Assembly (NCBI GenBank): GCA_000934665.2
Contig: KZ539050.1
Coordinates: forward strand, 1 to 35,143
Direction: 5' to 3'
Length of the DNA: 35,143 nt
Origin: Catajapyx aquilonaris
Lineage: Eukaryota
Under the pieces are notes generated by a model. It searched no databases. It had not been told where the DNA came from and saw only the letters and a program-made list of their open reading frames with translations. A program made the position numbers and the translations under genes. Positions 20,600-32,470 of this stretch are shown here, in pieces. Positions within the stretch are counted from its first letter, which is position 1. Each line of letters starts with the position of its first letter.

Positions 20600-22884
20600 C
20601 ATCTCTGAACGCAGTACAAAATTGACACTACAGCTAGCTGGGGCACTGGAATGAGATGAGACTATGCGACAGAACAACGCTGATGTGGCAGAAAATTTGA
20701 CGTGGGAACACAAACACCTTCCAAATGATAAACAGAGGCTGTCCAGTGGTAACTTTGACAACCATATTATTTCAGTGAAACATAATTATGAGCCCTCAGT
20801 GCCAAGGTCCATCATGGATGGTCGTAAGGCACCATCTCACTGATGTAACCAAAGTTTTTCCCCACCATAGATACAGTGCAAGCGACTGCAAGGTATGCTT
20901 CTTCCCCTACCAAAATGTGGCTGCCACACCAGTTGTTCCAACATATGTGCACCTTGACATTTCATTTAAATGCCTCTCACAGGTTCTACATTAGCAAAAC
21001 AAGCTCTCTCTATATACTTTTTAAAAATCCTCATTTACGGCATCTTTACTACGACAATATAATTATGTCATATACCATAAAGGACCTGCCTTTGTCAAGT
21101 TTATAACTGCTCTCCTCTGATGAAATATGTAGAAATCCAAAATAAAAGGACACATGTAACTCCTACACTATAGAAAGTGTATCTCATGTGGGAGAAGATA
21201 GAAAAATGAACTTAAAATTCTCAAATATAGTAAAAAGGAAAAATGTCTTTTCTTGCTTGCCATATACCTGTGCATCCATGATAGTTGAGAAAAACAAATA
21301 CAACATTATGCACATGGTAACTCATGCCACTTTCCACACATTAAATCCAAATAATATTCGCCAAAATTAACCTTTTTTTTGCATTGTTATATCTTACATT
21401 GTACTTTGCTGCATTACATAAAAATGCAAATGTGCTGAGCACATTCCACATAAACTGAACTGTGTACAAGGCTGAGAAATATATGAAGTAACTGTTTGCT
21501 ATCTGAGTGTGAACAGAACAGGGGGCAGGAAAAGGAGAATTGCAACTTGCCTCTTAAGTTTTGATTGGTCTACTTGCAGTTGCCTTTCAGTAAAGTGTAG
21601 CTTTGACATTCTCTGCATAAGTAGAACTCTCATGAAGATGAACCACATTAGACAACCTTGGAGAGAATAATCACCAGTCTTACCTACCACAGATTAGTTT
21701 CCTCAACATTAAATCTACACCAATCCTCCTTCCTACTCTTGAATATTTGTTTGACTGCTGTTATAGCAGTCAAAAAAGAAAAAAATATATATATTTCCAT
21801 ATATATATATATAAACCACAATGACAATTTCCACATTTGTGACAGGATTGTGAAGCACATGCCAAATAATGATAATTATAAGCTGTTTGAGTTTCAGCTT
21901 CGTAACTCCATACACGTAAACACAAAAACTAGTGAATCTACTCACCGGGTGAAAAAAATTAGAATCCAAATCAGTACACCGGGGTAAGATATCTACAAAT
22001 GAGTTATGCCTTTGCTGCCAGTATTCACATGATTTCAAATAAAGGATAAGAATCAATATAGTAAAGAAAATATAGTAAACACCATACAGGTTTCCTTGAC
22101 TAGAACCCTAACACTGGATATGATGCTCATTCCAAGACAACATGCAAACAAAAAAACCATCAAAACACAAAAACCAACAAAATGCACAAAACTGAGGCAC
22201 CCTTCTGTGGGTTAAGACCCAAACGTTACATATACTTGAAATCCCCACAAGTGCCCAATATCATTAATTAGCCCCTTCACACTGCAATTCTGCTTCAAGC
22301 AGTTTCTGTCTGTATAATGAAATTAAGGTATATGCAACCACACCAAGTACAACTACTAGTGGGGGGGAAAAAAATAATCTTCTCTTGTATGGCACCATTG
22401 ACGAATAATAAAAACAAAACTGAAAACTCAACAGCAAAGTCATCTCTCCATCTCCCACACATTTAAACCACTTTTTGTGTAGCCTCTGAATATGTTTGGG
22501 ACTCAAAATGCCTGGTCCCTAACTCTAAAGCTCTACAAACACAAAAAAACTTTTCTTCTCAATCTCCTTGAAAAAGAAGTCATGGACTGAAAAATGACGC
22601 ACATATATGAATATATCTTCCACAAGATTTTGTACTTAACTACAGCATGGGTGTCATGCTACCTATGTTTTTGTGATCAGTCTTTCTCTTTGCAAATACA
22701 CAGTCTTTGCTAGCAGGAAAAAAAAATTTAAAAAATGGAAACAAAATAGATGTACTGTTTGTCAGTCCATTGCTGCCTTTTTTAAGCACAACAAGAGTGA
22801 GTTGCTCTTAGTTTATGGAATGAGCTATTTTCCTTCACATTGAGTTAACTCACCTTCACCCTTTCCTTAACATCTATTTTCTTT

Positions 22885-23079
22885 TTACACATCTGCAGTC
22901 CCTCCAAGAGCTGCCTCAGTCACACTTAAGCAAAGGGATTCAAGTCCAGCAATTTCTGCATCCATGAGCTGAGCTGACTCAGCATTTGTGGTACAACATG
23001 AGGAGGGAGAGGTGGACAGGACGTTCGGCTGAGTAATTGGGGCCGACTTGGTTCGCTGAACCACAACATGTGGCCTAAC
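22885..23079 (-). CDS. smg: Smaug/SAMD4 last coding exon
   Basis: actacag|GTT AGG ... encodes VRPHVVVQRTKSAP...LESLCLSVTEAALGGTADV*. LESLCLSxTExAL is the conserved Smaug/SAMD4 C-terminal motif. Confidence 0.92.
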   Translation of the reverse strand, partial: VRPHVVVQRTKSAPITQPNVLSTSPSSCCTTNAESAQLMDAEIAGLESLCLSVTEAALGGTADV

Positions 23080-23189
23080 CTGTAGTAATTGACACGAAAG
23101 GAATTACGATTAAATTTATGATTACCTGATATGTTTTCAGAGCTATTAAAATATCACATGGTACTTAGCAATGTAACAAACTAAATTAA

Positions 23190-24074
23190 CCCAGATATGT
23201 GGAGTGTCCCCTACAGGGGACACCTGCACAGTTGTTACATTTTAATTTTTTTGCGCAGGTTCTTCTGCTGCTAAGAGCTGGCAGTAGTCAAGTGTGCTTC
23301 AGTCGAGTCCCAGCTAACGATACAAGTTCAAACCTGCTCAATATTGCTTCAGATTTTTAAGATGCAGGTGTTTGAATTTTAACTGAGGAAATGATGTCTG
23401 CACCTCCACGTTCTGAAGACGATTAGCAATTAATTCTCGAATGTTGATTAGCATTATGAGTTATTTTTTGTTTGTAATACTTAGAAAATTTATGAATCAT
23501 GTTGTCGATGTGGAAATATAGGAAAATTTTTTACTTTCCTTGTCTAAGAGTAGTGTTGAAATCTGGTGTCCCTTCTGGGGAATGCAAGAGGCAAATACAC
23601 CCACATTTGGACAAGTAAAGTATGTGTGTGGATTCTGTATGCTTTGTTGAACTGTATTTTAATGAATCCATGCAATTAAAACGAGATTACATGGCAATTG
23701 GTCAACATGGCAACCGTTGCAACAATCCTTGCTTGTTGTTGATTGTTACTCAATTACAACCCCTTCTTTGCACGGCCTGTTTCCGTGGTAATGCAATCGA
23801 CAAAAATCAATTATTGGCGATATTATGAAACTATGGATGTTACTGAATGTCACTGTTGCCATGGTAATGTACTCCACAACTCTTATAGCCATACTAGGTT
23901 ACATTTTCCTAGCATCCCATAATATTATAGGGAATGGCCATTTTCTTGCAAACAAGCATTCAGAAAAATGTTTTCTCGATTTTTGTGTTTTGGGAACTAA
24001 TATAAACTAATATAAACTAATAGAAACAAAAAAAGTTCAAAAATTCAACAAAAACTTTTCCAGGCATATCTGGG
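23190..24074. mobile_element. Non-autonomous piggyBac-like element in the last smaug intron
   Basis: TTAA|CCCAGATATG ... CATATCTGGG|TTAA. Subterminal palindrome GTGTCCCCTACAGGGGACAC. Confidence 0.8.
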
Positions 24075-24229
24075 TTAATGACTCAGTGTTGCATACAAAT
24101 ATGAACAAAGAAACTATAGGCTACTGCCATTTTACAAGACTATATGTAACAACAATGACAGTAACAACCTCATTAACATTTATGATTAGTTCAAAAAGAT
24201 ACTAAAACACTTATTAAAATTAGACTAAC

Positions 24230-24677
24230 TTCTAAAAGTGATTCCTGCAAACTGGGCCTCTTAGCCATGAGTGATGCCAGGTTGCTGCCATTTTGCCCTC
24301 CTCCTGTTCCAACTGATGATTGGTCACAGAAGTTGGGTGATGGTGAAGACGAAGCTAGCAGGGTGGCAAACCCCCCTACCGATGATGACGAGGCAGTGGA
24401 CGACGGGGAAGTGGAAGGTGGGCAGGGAGGGGGAGGGGCAACCATGCTTGACCTGGTGCAGCACCGAGATGACATGGAGGGAGGGGGATGGTTACGCTGA
24501 TGCGAGGCTACTGAACCACCAAAGTAGGTTCCTCCACGTGGGCACACAAGTCCATTCGATCCAACACTGCCTCCAATCCCACTGCCAGCACCTGCACCCA
24601 ATCCTCCTCCTCCTGTCATCCCAAGTAGAGGATGCTCACAGTGGAAAACCCCGCCATTCATGTGGTTTGTCCACCGG
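24230..24677 (-). CDS. smg: Smaug/SAMD4 Gly/Ser/Pro-rich low-complexity exon
   Basis: tttccccttag|C CGG ... TTA GAA|gttagt. Phase 2 in, phase 0 out, exactly bridging the PHAT exon and the last exon. Ends AKRPSLQESLLE. Confidence 0.85.
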
Positions 24678-24816
24678 CTAAGGGGAAACACATCAAATTT
24701 TAATTGTGTCCAATAAGCACACAAATTATACATATTTACTTCCTCATCCCAAATTTTATCTGGGAAAAAGTCCCTCATTCAACACACTCCTATATAACCC
24801 CTATTATACTGATCAC

Positions 24817-24930
24817 GGCCATCTATGGCTTCGTCTCGGGTGGAATTTCCGTAGACTAATCCACCTGGGGGAATTCACAAAATGGCCACACCAACGACAC
24901 TGCACTGCACTTCGCACATTCCCTCCTGTC
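24817..24930 (+). mobile_element. SINE body fragment (same family as 9415-9805)
   Basis: TGGCTTCGTCT.GG.TGGAATTTCCG.TAGACTAATCCACC.GGGGA.TTCACAAAATG is shared with 9630-9700 (-). Confidence 0.7.
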
Positions 24931-25031
24931 ATCCTGCCCACGGGCCCGGGTGTTACGTAGAAAGGTTCCAATAAATGTACAGGACATAAAGGTCTGTGCT
25001 ATATACCTCCATTGAGGTTAACACTACCCAC

Positions 25032-25041
25032 ATTATTATTA

Positions 25042-25085
<44 letters not shown>
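25032..25085. repeat. (ATT)n microsatellite
   Basis: Near-perfect trinucleotide run. Confidence 0.95.
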
Positions 25086-25732
25086 TTACTGATCACCCAC
25101 ATGCACTAGTATTGATAATATCCTAGATTTCCTGGGTTACTCACAACACATTCAGTTTATGTTAGGGACAGATGAGATTGATATGCAGTTGAAATTATCC
25201 AGATGTGCGCTTCGAACAATATACGTAAGGCACAAAAATTTTATCCAAATGTATGGGAAGGCCAGAATAGGTGTGTATGACTAGTTTACACCAATTTGAG
25301 CAGAATTTAATATTGTGTCATTGCTCCATTGCTGTGTGACCCCACCTCTCCCACAAACTGCATGTGAATGACTGCAGCAGCAGTGCACTTGCAGCCACAA
25401 GTAAGCTAGGTGTTGCTTATGGACATGTCCCTGGATGTTCGTGCTCATTTTCAACCTTGTCGCATGCATTGCATTCGAGATATTCAAACATTCACCGAAC
25501 TTTTGAGCCCTTCCAGGGATACGTAACTTGGCTCTGAGCACTGTCCCAACTTTCCTAAGCAAATGCTATTACAATTTGACAGGAAAGGACCTGCCACATC
25601 ACAATAAACCAGGCAAAGTATGAAGGAAATCATGTTTGGCCATAAAGACACTTGGTGATAGATCCCTTGCCCTTGCTGTAGCTTAGGGATCAGTTAATTC
25701 ACAGCTATATGAATGTGGTAAAATATCCTGAC

Positions 25733-25931
25733 CTGAGGCTATGTCTCCTGTTGCCCATCCGATGTGAAGGAAGAGATCGGCGCACTTCATGGACCCTGTG
25801 TTTCCAAGACAGAAGCTTTCTCTTCTGCTGTTCAGTAAATGATTCATGCACCAAACATTTCTCAACAACACACAGGAAGTGACCCATTGTTTCTCCATCT
25901 GGATCAGTTGCCATCAACAGCTGAGAACACA
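25733..25931 (-). CDS. smg: Smaug/SAMD4 PHAT-domain exon
   Basis: tttttacag|TG TGT ... CTC AG|gtcagg. VCSQLL..EKCLVHESFTEQQKRKLLSWK matches SAMD4 [27 protein letters not shown]. The donor is weak but frame-consistent. Confidence 0.9.
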
Positions 25932-26135
25932 CTGTAAAAAACATGTCAAATGCAAAATATCAACCTTCATGTGGTAACTGAATTTAAATTATACCAACAC
26001 TCCATTAATAGTATAGTATTTTTTTTTATCCTTCACATTCCCCTACCATATATTGACACAATCAATGAAAAAAAGTCTATAATTATATAGGTTGCCCAAA
26101 CTTATAAGTCATGGTTACCACATGCAACAGTCATA

Positions 26136-26428
26136 TAATATAATATATAATATATAATATAATATAAATAATAATGGATACCCCGTGATAGGCCTTCTTG
26201 GGCCTCTTAGGGGATCATCTTTTGAACAACCCTCTTTAATCATTGCCTGCGCTGTGATGGATTTTTAAAGTGGGAGGAAACGGGAGAATCCCAAGAAAAC
26301 CATGCGAACACGGAGAGAACCTATCGAAACTCTATCCACATAAGTATCCTCCGTCCGACCCAGGGATCGAGCTCAGGACCTTAGAGGTGGAAGGCTGCGG
26401 CGCTAACCACTCCGCCACCGTGTCGCCC
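26136..26428 (-). mobile_element. tRNA-derived SINE with V-domain-like core (copy 2), with AT-rich tail
   Basis: Inverted homologue of 7304-7552. Ends CCTATCACGGGGTATCCATTATTATT. Confidence 0.88.
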
Positions 26429-26779
26429 TTTCCAACAGTCATATTCAGAAACATGAGTAGCACAGAATAAGCAGGTTTTGTTTCTGCAGGAATAGGTTGG
26501 TTTACAAAAATAAGCCTCATTCAAAAACGACTTAGAGCTTCCTATCAGGGTGGATGTAGTATAGCATGGAATAGGACAGAATAAACTATCACTTCAGAAA
26601 CAGCATGCAGACTTTCTTTTTATCGTGACTTCTCTTCTGGAAACCCCACCACCAAAATTGAAACATTTTCTGTGCATGCACGACACGACTGTATATTTTT
26701 TTATAGCACTATCTGTATTGCACATTTTTACCAGTACATGTGACATATGAAGGGGGTAATAACAACAACTCTTGGTGTA

Positions 26780-27258
26780 CAGTGTTGGACATTAATCATG
26801 TCGTACTGCTAGTGACATTTTCTGAAGCGGTAGAGGAACGAATCTTGCTTTGCATGGCTCACACTATCCATTGCATCGATTTGTTCTTCTGCCGCTTCCC
26901 AAAGGAATTTATGTGAGGTTCGGGTCTGGACCCCTTCAGGTGCTGGAGGTACAGTCAGTTAAAGGAGTATCTTTCTCCACCAGGCCGAGAAATTAGCCTC
27001 CAACAGAGGTGCTGCCTAGGGGAGTGAAAGTTATTGCATCAGGGGGAGGCAGCACCTCTGTTGAAGGCTAATTTCTTGGCCTGGTGTGGAAAGATACTCC
27101 TTTAACTGACTGTACAGTTCTGGTCATATATCGAGGCAACCGCCAGCAACATTTTCCGAAGCGGCAGAAGAAGGAATCAAGCATGAGCGAGCAAGATTCC
27201 TTCTTCTGCCGCTTCGGAAAATGTCGCTGGCGGTTGCCTCGATATATGACCAGAACTG
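26780..27258. mobile_element. Cluster of three Tc1/mariner-type MITEs (26780-~26898 partial; 26952-27112; 27115-27258)
   Basis: TA|CAGTCAGTTAAAGGAGTATC..GATACTCCTTTAACTGACTG|TA|CAGTTCTGGTCATATATCGAG..CTCGATATATGACCAGAACTG|TA. Confidence 0.88.
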
Positions 27259-27480
27259 TACATGGTATGGAGCATAAGTGTGACAGCTGTAACTGTGATT
27301 TCACTTAGTTATTCGCCGTTACTCCTGGTGAGGTCAACTGCCCTGCAGGTTAATAAATTCTAGAAAGTCACTGTACAGTACAAGCTTACTTGCCCAATTA
27401 TTCCCAACAGAAAAGTGGATGCAGAAGGAGCAGCAGTTTTGTGAAAGCTTGGGACTGTGTGTGGTATAATTGTACAATTG

Positions 27481-27840
27481 GGAGAGGCACGGTGGCCGAG
27501 ATGGTAACGTCTAGGCTTGCTATGCGAAAGGTCCCAGGTTCAAATCCCCACCCGGGAACAAATCTTTCGCTTGCGTCATTGGGTCGTGACCCGCGCCTAA
27601 GGAGGCGTCTTGGCAACCTGACCTCCTGGGGGACTGCACCTGGCCCACCACTGGACAATGCACCTGCACATGTGTTCCCTCCCCAAAATCCCCTACCCTT
27701 ACCCAATTTCCTAGTATTCTTTGCACCGGTGATTGAAGTAAACACAAGAGAAAACTGTATGGTGGTCTGCCACCCCCCTAAAGCGGCCTAGGGTTGCATC
27801 ACGGGGTAAAAAAATAAATAAATAAAATAAATAAAATAAT
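27481..27840 (+). mobile_element. tRNA-derived SINE with (AAAT)n tail
   Basis: A box TGGCCGAGATGG, B box GGTTCAAATCC, 3' CCCC..ATCACGGGGTA stem and AAATAAAT tail. Confidence 0.85.
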
Positions 27841-27939
27841 TGTACAAAATTGCAGATGATTGTCAAATGATTGTCTGGCATTTTTGGTGCTTGTTGGAGA
27901 TTGTGGAAGATTACAATTGCGAGGTGAGAAAAACCTACA

Positions 27940-27942
<3 letters not shown>

Positions 27943-27974
<32 letters not shown>
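27943..27974. repeat. (GA)n microsatellite
   Basis: Dinucleotide run. Confidence 0.95.
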
Positions 27975-27978
<4 letters not shown>

Positions 27979-28163
27979 CAAATTGTTACCCCCTAGATAC
28001 CACAATCACAAACTACTCATAGGAATCAGTGTAGTTAGCACAGGATAGTAGGATTCTTCATGCATCATTCCCAGCACATGAGGAATAAAGGCTGATTCAC
28101 AAACTCTGGCAAATGCAGAGTAAAACATGCACTTTGTAAGATCAACTTGTTGCTCATAGTTAC

Positions 28164-28541
28164 CTTTACCAACAACTCGTGTGAACTGCCCTGGGAGATC
28201 TTCTTGTGGCAACCCATCCCCCTCTGAAGAAATTGCCTTCCTCTGGTCCTCATCCTGTACCTGATGGTATGGCTTGATTGGGGTCCCCAGAATGTGTTTG
28301 AGCTCACTTAGTGCTGAACGAACATCACCTCCCTCCACGACATCTTTCTCTATCTGTCTGAGAGCTTGACTCCTTTCTTTCAGCTTGCCCACACTAAGGA
28401 CTATCTTATGGCGGGCACCTTTTGTCACACCTTGAGCCTCCAACTGCTGCTCATTAACTTCCAGCATCTCCTCATATGTCATTTGAGCAAAAAGAGAGAC
28501 ATATTTGTGCAAGCGAAGAGATTTTAGCCATGAAGGGACAT
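28164..28541 (-). CDS. smg: Smaug/SAMD4 SAM-domain exon
   Basis: ttttccag|AT GTC ... AAA G|gtaact. [26 protein letters not shown]...VTKGARHKI...TPIKPY...[12 protein letters not shown] is the Smaug RNA-binding SAM domain and the start of PHAT. Confidence 0.97.
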
Positions 28542-28951
28542 CTGGAAAAAAAAAAGTAGTCTATTCATACAGTCTAAGTACCATATCAAGAAAGTTCCAT
28601 TCACACTGAAGTAAAAAATAAAAAGGCTATTGCAATTGACAGGACACCTTTGTTAGTACTGTAGTACTAACAAGGGACTTTTGCCATTTTGTCCGCGATT
28701 TAATTTTCGCGGCCCAAGCCAGATATTCGACGCTAGGTGGCTACAGCTATTGAGGCCAGATTGTAACCATGGGATACCAGCATATTACAGTTCTGTTGGC
28801 ATCACTGGTTGGCGCCAAAAAAATCTTTTGCTGATGTCGACATATGTCGACACCAGGTCTCAGGAGGATAAGGGCACCACACATACTCGAATTTGGGCAA
28901 AATCTGATAAGATTTGTCTGAAGGGTGTGCTGCTGGACATGGAATGCCTCA

Positions 28952-29847
28952 TATGGGGCAAAGTCATGGGCGGATTAAAACGACGCAGCATGCCGTAAGT
29001 AACAAACGATTATCTTTAAAAAAATTACACTACACAGAGAAAGACATGCCATTTATGGGTGAAGGTCCACAAAAGTCACTTCTTGAAAACAACACCGGAT
29101 AAATGTCCACCTTTGCGAGCAACACATTCCTCCAAGTACCGGATGAAACCCTTCATAATGCGCTCCAGCATGTCCAGGGGAATGTTTCTCATGGCGTGTC
29201 TTATCTGATCATTAAGATCAGCCAATGACTGAGGACATGTGGCAAAAACCAAACTCTTCAGGTACCCCCACAAGAAGAAGTCGGGGGTGGTCAAATCCAG
29301 CGATCGCAGGGGCCATGGAAACTCGAACAACTTTGTCCTTTTCATGCAACTTTCGCACGACCTGCATCTTGTAGGGATGAAAGTGCAGGCTATCATGGAT
29401 GATATGTCGTAGGGAGCGAGATGACATTCCCATCGCCCAGCCTTGCCTTCTGGTCAATCTCTGAGGACTGCGGATTATCGCGCCACGGGCCTCTTGCATC
29501 CACTGAGGGGTTCACTGTGTCCTTGGACGTCCAGTCTTCTTATGGTCAAGGCATTATGCTGTGCTACAGAACCGTTTCACCCATCTTAGGATAGTGTGGT
29601 AGTGGGGAACCTTGTTGCGACGTCCCAGCGCGGAATGGCGACAAAAGATCCATTGCACAGTGACAGGAGACTCATTATTTTAAAAATAAGTTTCCCCTGT
29701 GAATGCACGCTGTTCTGCAGACTATGACTCCATGATTACAAATGGCACTCGTTCCCCACTCCAGTGCGCGTTCGAATCTGGCGCATGCGCAGACAGATCA
29801 GCGGTACTACGTGAATCAAATCAGCCTATGACTTTTGCCCCACCCTG
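28952..29847 (-). mobile_element. Internally deleted Tc1/mariner-superfamily transposon
   Basis: Remnant WPLRSLDLTTPDFFLWGYLKSLVF...GGHLSGVVFKK (WPPRSPDL..DFFLWGYLK motif). Terminus TACAGGGTGGGGCAAAAGTCAT with a degenerate inverted copy at ~28952. Confidence 0.85.
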
Positions 29848-29965
29848 TATAAAAGTATTTTCTAATTGTGATTGCCGAAGAAAATTAATGCATTGCTCCA
29901 ATGCAATCCAAAACTTTAGAGCTTATATAGTGATACTGCGATTTGTGAGGGCGATTTTAAACCTA

Positions 29966-30436
29966 CCGTATTTACGCGCATATAAAACGCACACGCGCAT
30001 AAGACGCACCCCGGTTTTGAGGCGAAAAATCGTGGAAAATCGGTTGTTGACTTATATAAGACGCACCCAGATTTATTGCCGTAGTTTGGAAACTGGCCTC
30101 GAGCTGCCGGCAGCAACCTCTTGTGCAATGCATGTGCGTGTGGAATCCATTAGAATCCAGTAAAAAGGGGGGCAAGTGGAAAATGGGACAATGCTACAAC
30201 GCATAGGTGGCAAGGTCACACTGGAATTGTGCACGTGTGTGGACGGCCGAGGAGAGCGATGATGACTGATTCGAATGTGCGATGTTTTTAAATTTTTCAA
30301 TAACGATTTTCACGATTTCTCATGGGTTTCACCCGTTGTGCCCTGCCGTATAAGACGCACACGCGTATAAGACGCACCCTACTTTTTGAGCTACAAAAAT
30401 CGGAAAAAGGTGCGTCTTATCTGCACGTAAATACGG
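29966..30436. mobile_element. pogo/Tigger-like MITE
   Basis: TA|CCGTATTTACG ... CGTAAATACGG|TA. Repeated ATAAGACGCAC motifs. Confidence 0.88.
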
Positions 30437-30836
30437 TATTATTAGCTCTCGTGCAAAATTTCTAAAATGGAATATTCGCCCTTTCTCCTTAATGCCGACG
30501 ATATTCACCATACTGGGAGCAAGCACAAAAAGTGCATTAGCAGACAAAAAGGTGCCACCCACCTTCCAAATTCAATGAAGAATATCTGAGACTTGAACTT
30601 AGCATAATTATGTCATTTGTGAGATGTGTCATGCAGACTTGAATCCAAAGTCATACAAAGTCATAAATCAGCTTAAAAGAATGTAAGGTTTGCAGTTCAC
30701 TCTTGAGGCTTGAACACATCATTCCAGCACACATTTTAGATAGAGAAAGTTGCCCAATACAGTTGCAAGCATAATGATGGTAATGAACTTGGTCTAGAGT
30801 TACAATGAATCCTGTGTAAAACCAGCCATGCCTGTA

Positions 30837-30995
30837 CAGTACTGGACATTAATGGTGTACTGGGGGCGCCACGAGCTGATGGCGGCAAAAGAGCAAATCC
30901 AAGTGCTGGCGCAACCAATATATCACTTGGATTTGCTCTTTTGCCGCCATCAGCTTGTACCGCCACCAGTAAGACACCATTTATGTCCAGCAGTG
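30837..30995. mobile_element. Palindromic Tc1/mariner-type MITE
   Basis: TA|CAGTACTGGACAT..GCTGATGGCGGCAAAAGAGCAAATCCAAGTG / CACTTGGATTTGCTCTTTTGCCGCCATCAGC..ATGTCCAGCAGTG|TA. Confidence 0.8.
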
Positions 30996-31269
30996 TACTC
31001 GAGCATGAATACGTACCATAAGCACAGTATCATTTTTATTTCAGACCCTTCACATGCTTTTCTTGGAGGAGTGTCCACTACAATAATGAGCCAATAGTCA
31101 AGTAGCAGGTACCATGATATCTTGGAAGTACTTGACCATAAAACAAATGTATTTTTGAACTGGGGTGAACACGTCCCCAGCTTTAGACTACTTGAAGCTT
31201 CTGACCAAGTTCATCTCTATTATGCTTGTGACTGTACATGTGAATACAAATCATCTGCACAATCCTCAC

Positions 31270-31423
31270 CTCTCATGCCACTTCCTTCAGTGCTGAAGCT
31301 GTTCTTGGGGTCATCGAGATGTGAGTCAGACCCACTTCCAGACGATGCCAAAGAATTTTGTGGAGACAACGGAGCATGCTCTAGTGAAAATGAAAAGCTG
31401 CGCTTCTTGGTTGGAGCATCATC
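31270..31423 (-). CDS. smg: Smaug/SAMD4 pre-SAM exon (upstream exons not found in the window)
   Basis: ctctgcag|GAT GAT ... AGA G|gtgagg. EHAPLSPQNSLASSGSGS...EGSGMR matches SAMD4 EHAPLSPQSSVASSGSG...EGSGMK. Phase 1 joins the SAM exon (G|AT = D). Confidence 0.93.
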
Positions 31424-32179
31424 CTGCAGAGTGAAAACATTTCTTGTGAAAGGCCATGTACAGGTAGGCCCCCATTTTATGACAGTTAAGTCTCAGCAAA
31501 AGGAATAGTCATAAAACAAGACCAACTTATGTCTTTGAATGAGAGAGGTTCCAGCATTTCCAAAATTCTCCCACATACAGCATACTAACAAGTCTGCTTT
31601 TTAAACCCAGAATTTGAAACATTTAATACATGCAGGGGTTGGACAAAATAATAGGAACACCTGCAAAAAGCTGTTGAAACTTCGCGTCGGGGTTTTTTTT
31701 TCTCTCTTCGAAAACTGGTAAAGTTACAGAGGTGACTTTTACCAGGTTTTGAAGCTCTGTCGATGAAGCAATAATCACGAGAGAGAGAGAGAGAGAGAAG
31801 GGGGGGGGGGAACAAAAGACCCCCACGCCCCATTTGTGACCTTAGCGTTCCACCCTTTCATTTGAAAACGAAAACAGTTACAGATGTGAACTTGACTGGG
31901 TTTTGAAGCTCTGTTGATGTCACTTTGTGTGGTATAGAGATTGATCAAAATTGCCGAGGGAGGGCGGGGAAAATAATAGAAACGACATCCCTCTTTCCTG
32001 GCACTAAATGAGAAGAGGTTGGACAAAATCATGTATAGTAAGTTTGGGTCGAATTTTTGTCCCACTACTAATTACTACCAACTTACCAGTATCATATTTG
32101 GCACTGGTACTGCTAAGTTAGCATTAACTAGCAGTGAGACGAAAATTTCTATTGTTTGCATTCAAGCCGTGCAACCCGT

Positions 32180-32402
32180 GGGTCCAACAGCTCCAAGCGA
32201 ATCAGGCTTGGGCCTTCTTAGGGCGATGGTGCGGTGGGGCACGATTCCCTTTGTTTCCCTGCCTCCTTGCGATATGCACGACATCTATATACCAGATCAA
32301 ATTGTAATCGCTGGAGCTTCAAAACTCAGCAATGTTCATCTCTGTATGTGTGGCCGTTTTAGAATAAAAAAATATGCGCCATGACTGATGAAACAACCCA
32401 TA
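32180..32402. mobile_element. Solo arm of the mariner-derived family at 1216-1996
   Basis: Colinear with ~1765-1996 (CCAGATCAAATTGTAATCGCTGGAGCTTCAAAACTCA). Confidence 0.85.
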
Positions 32403-32470
32403 TATAATTATCCATGATAGATAATAATCTGTATATTTTCATAGGTTTCTTCTGTAGGACTACACTTGTA

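Noticed and set aside
23410..23450. Hammerhead-like CTGAAGA...CGAA
   Set aside because: No GAAA core or closing stems I/III.
31122..31508. 128-aa + strand ORF (also 24267-24681 +)
   Set aside because: Antisense shadows of smaug exons.
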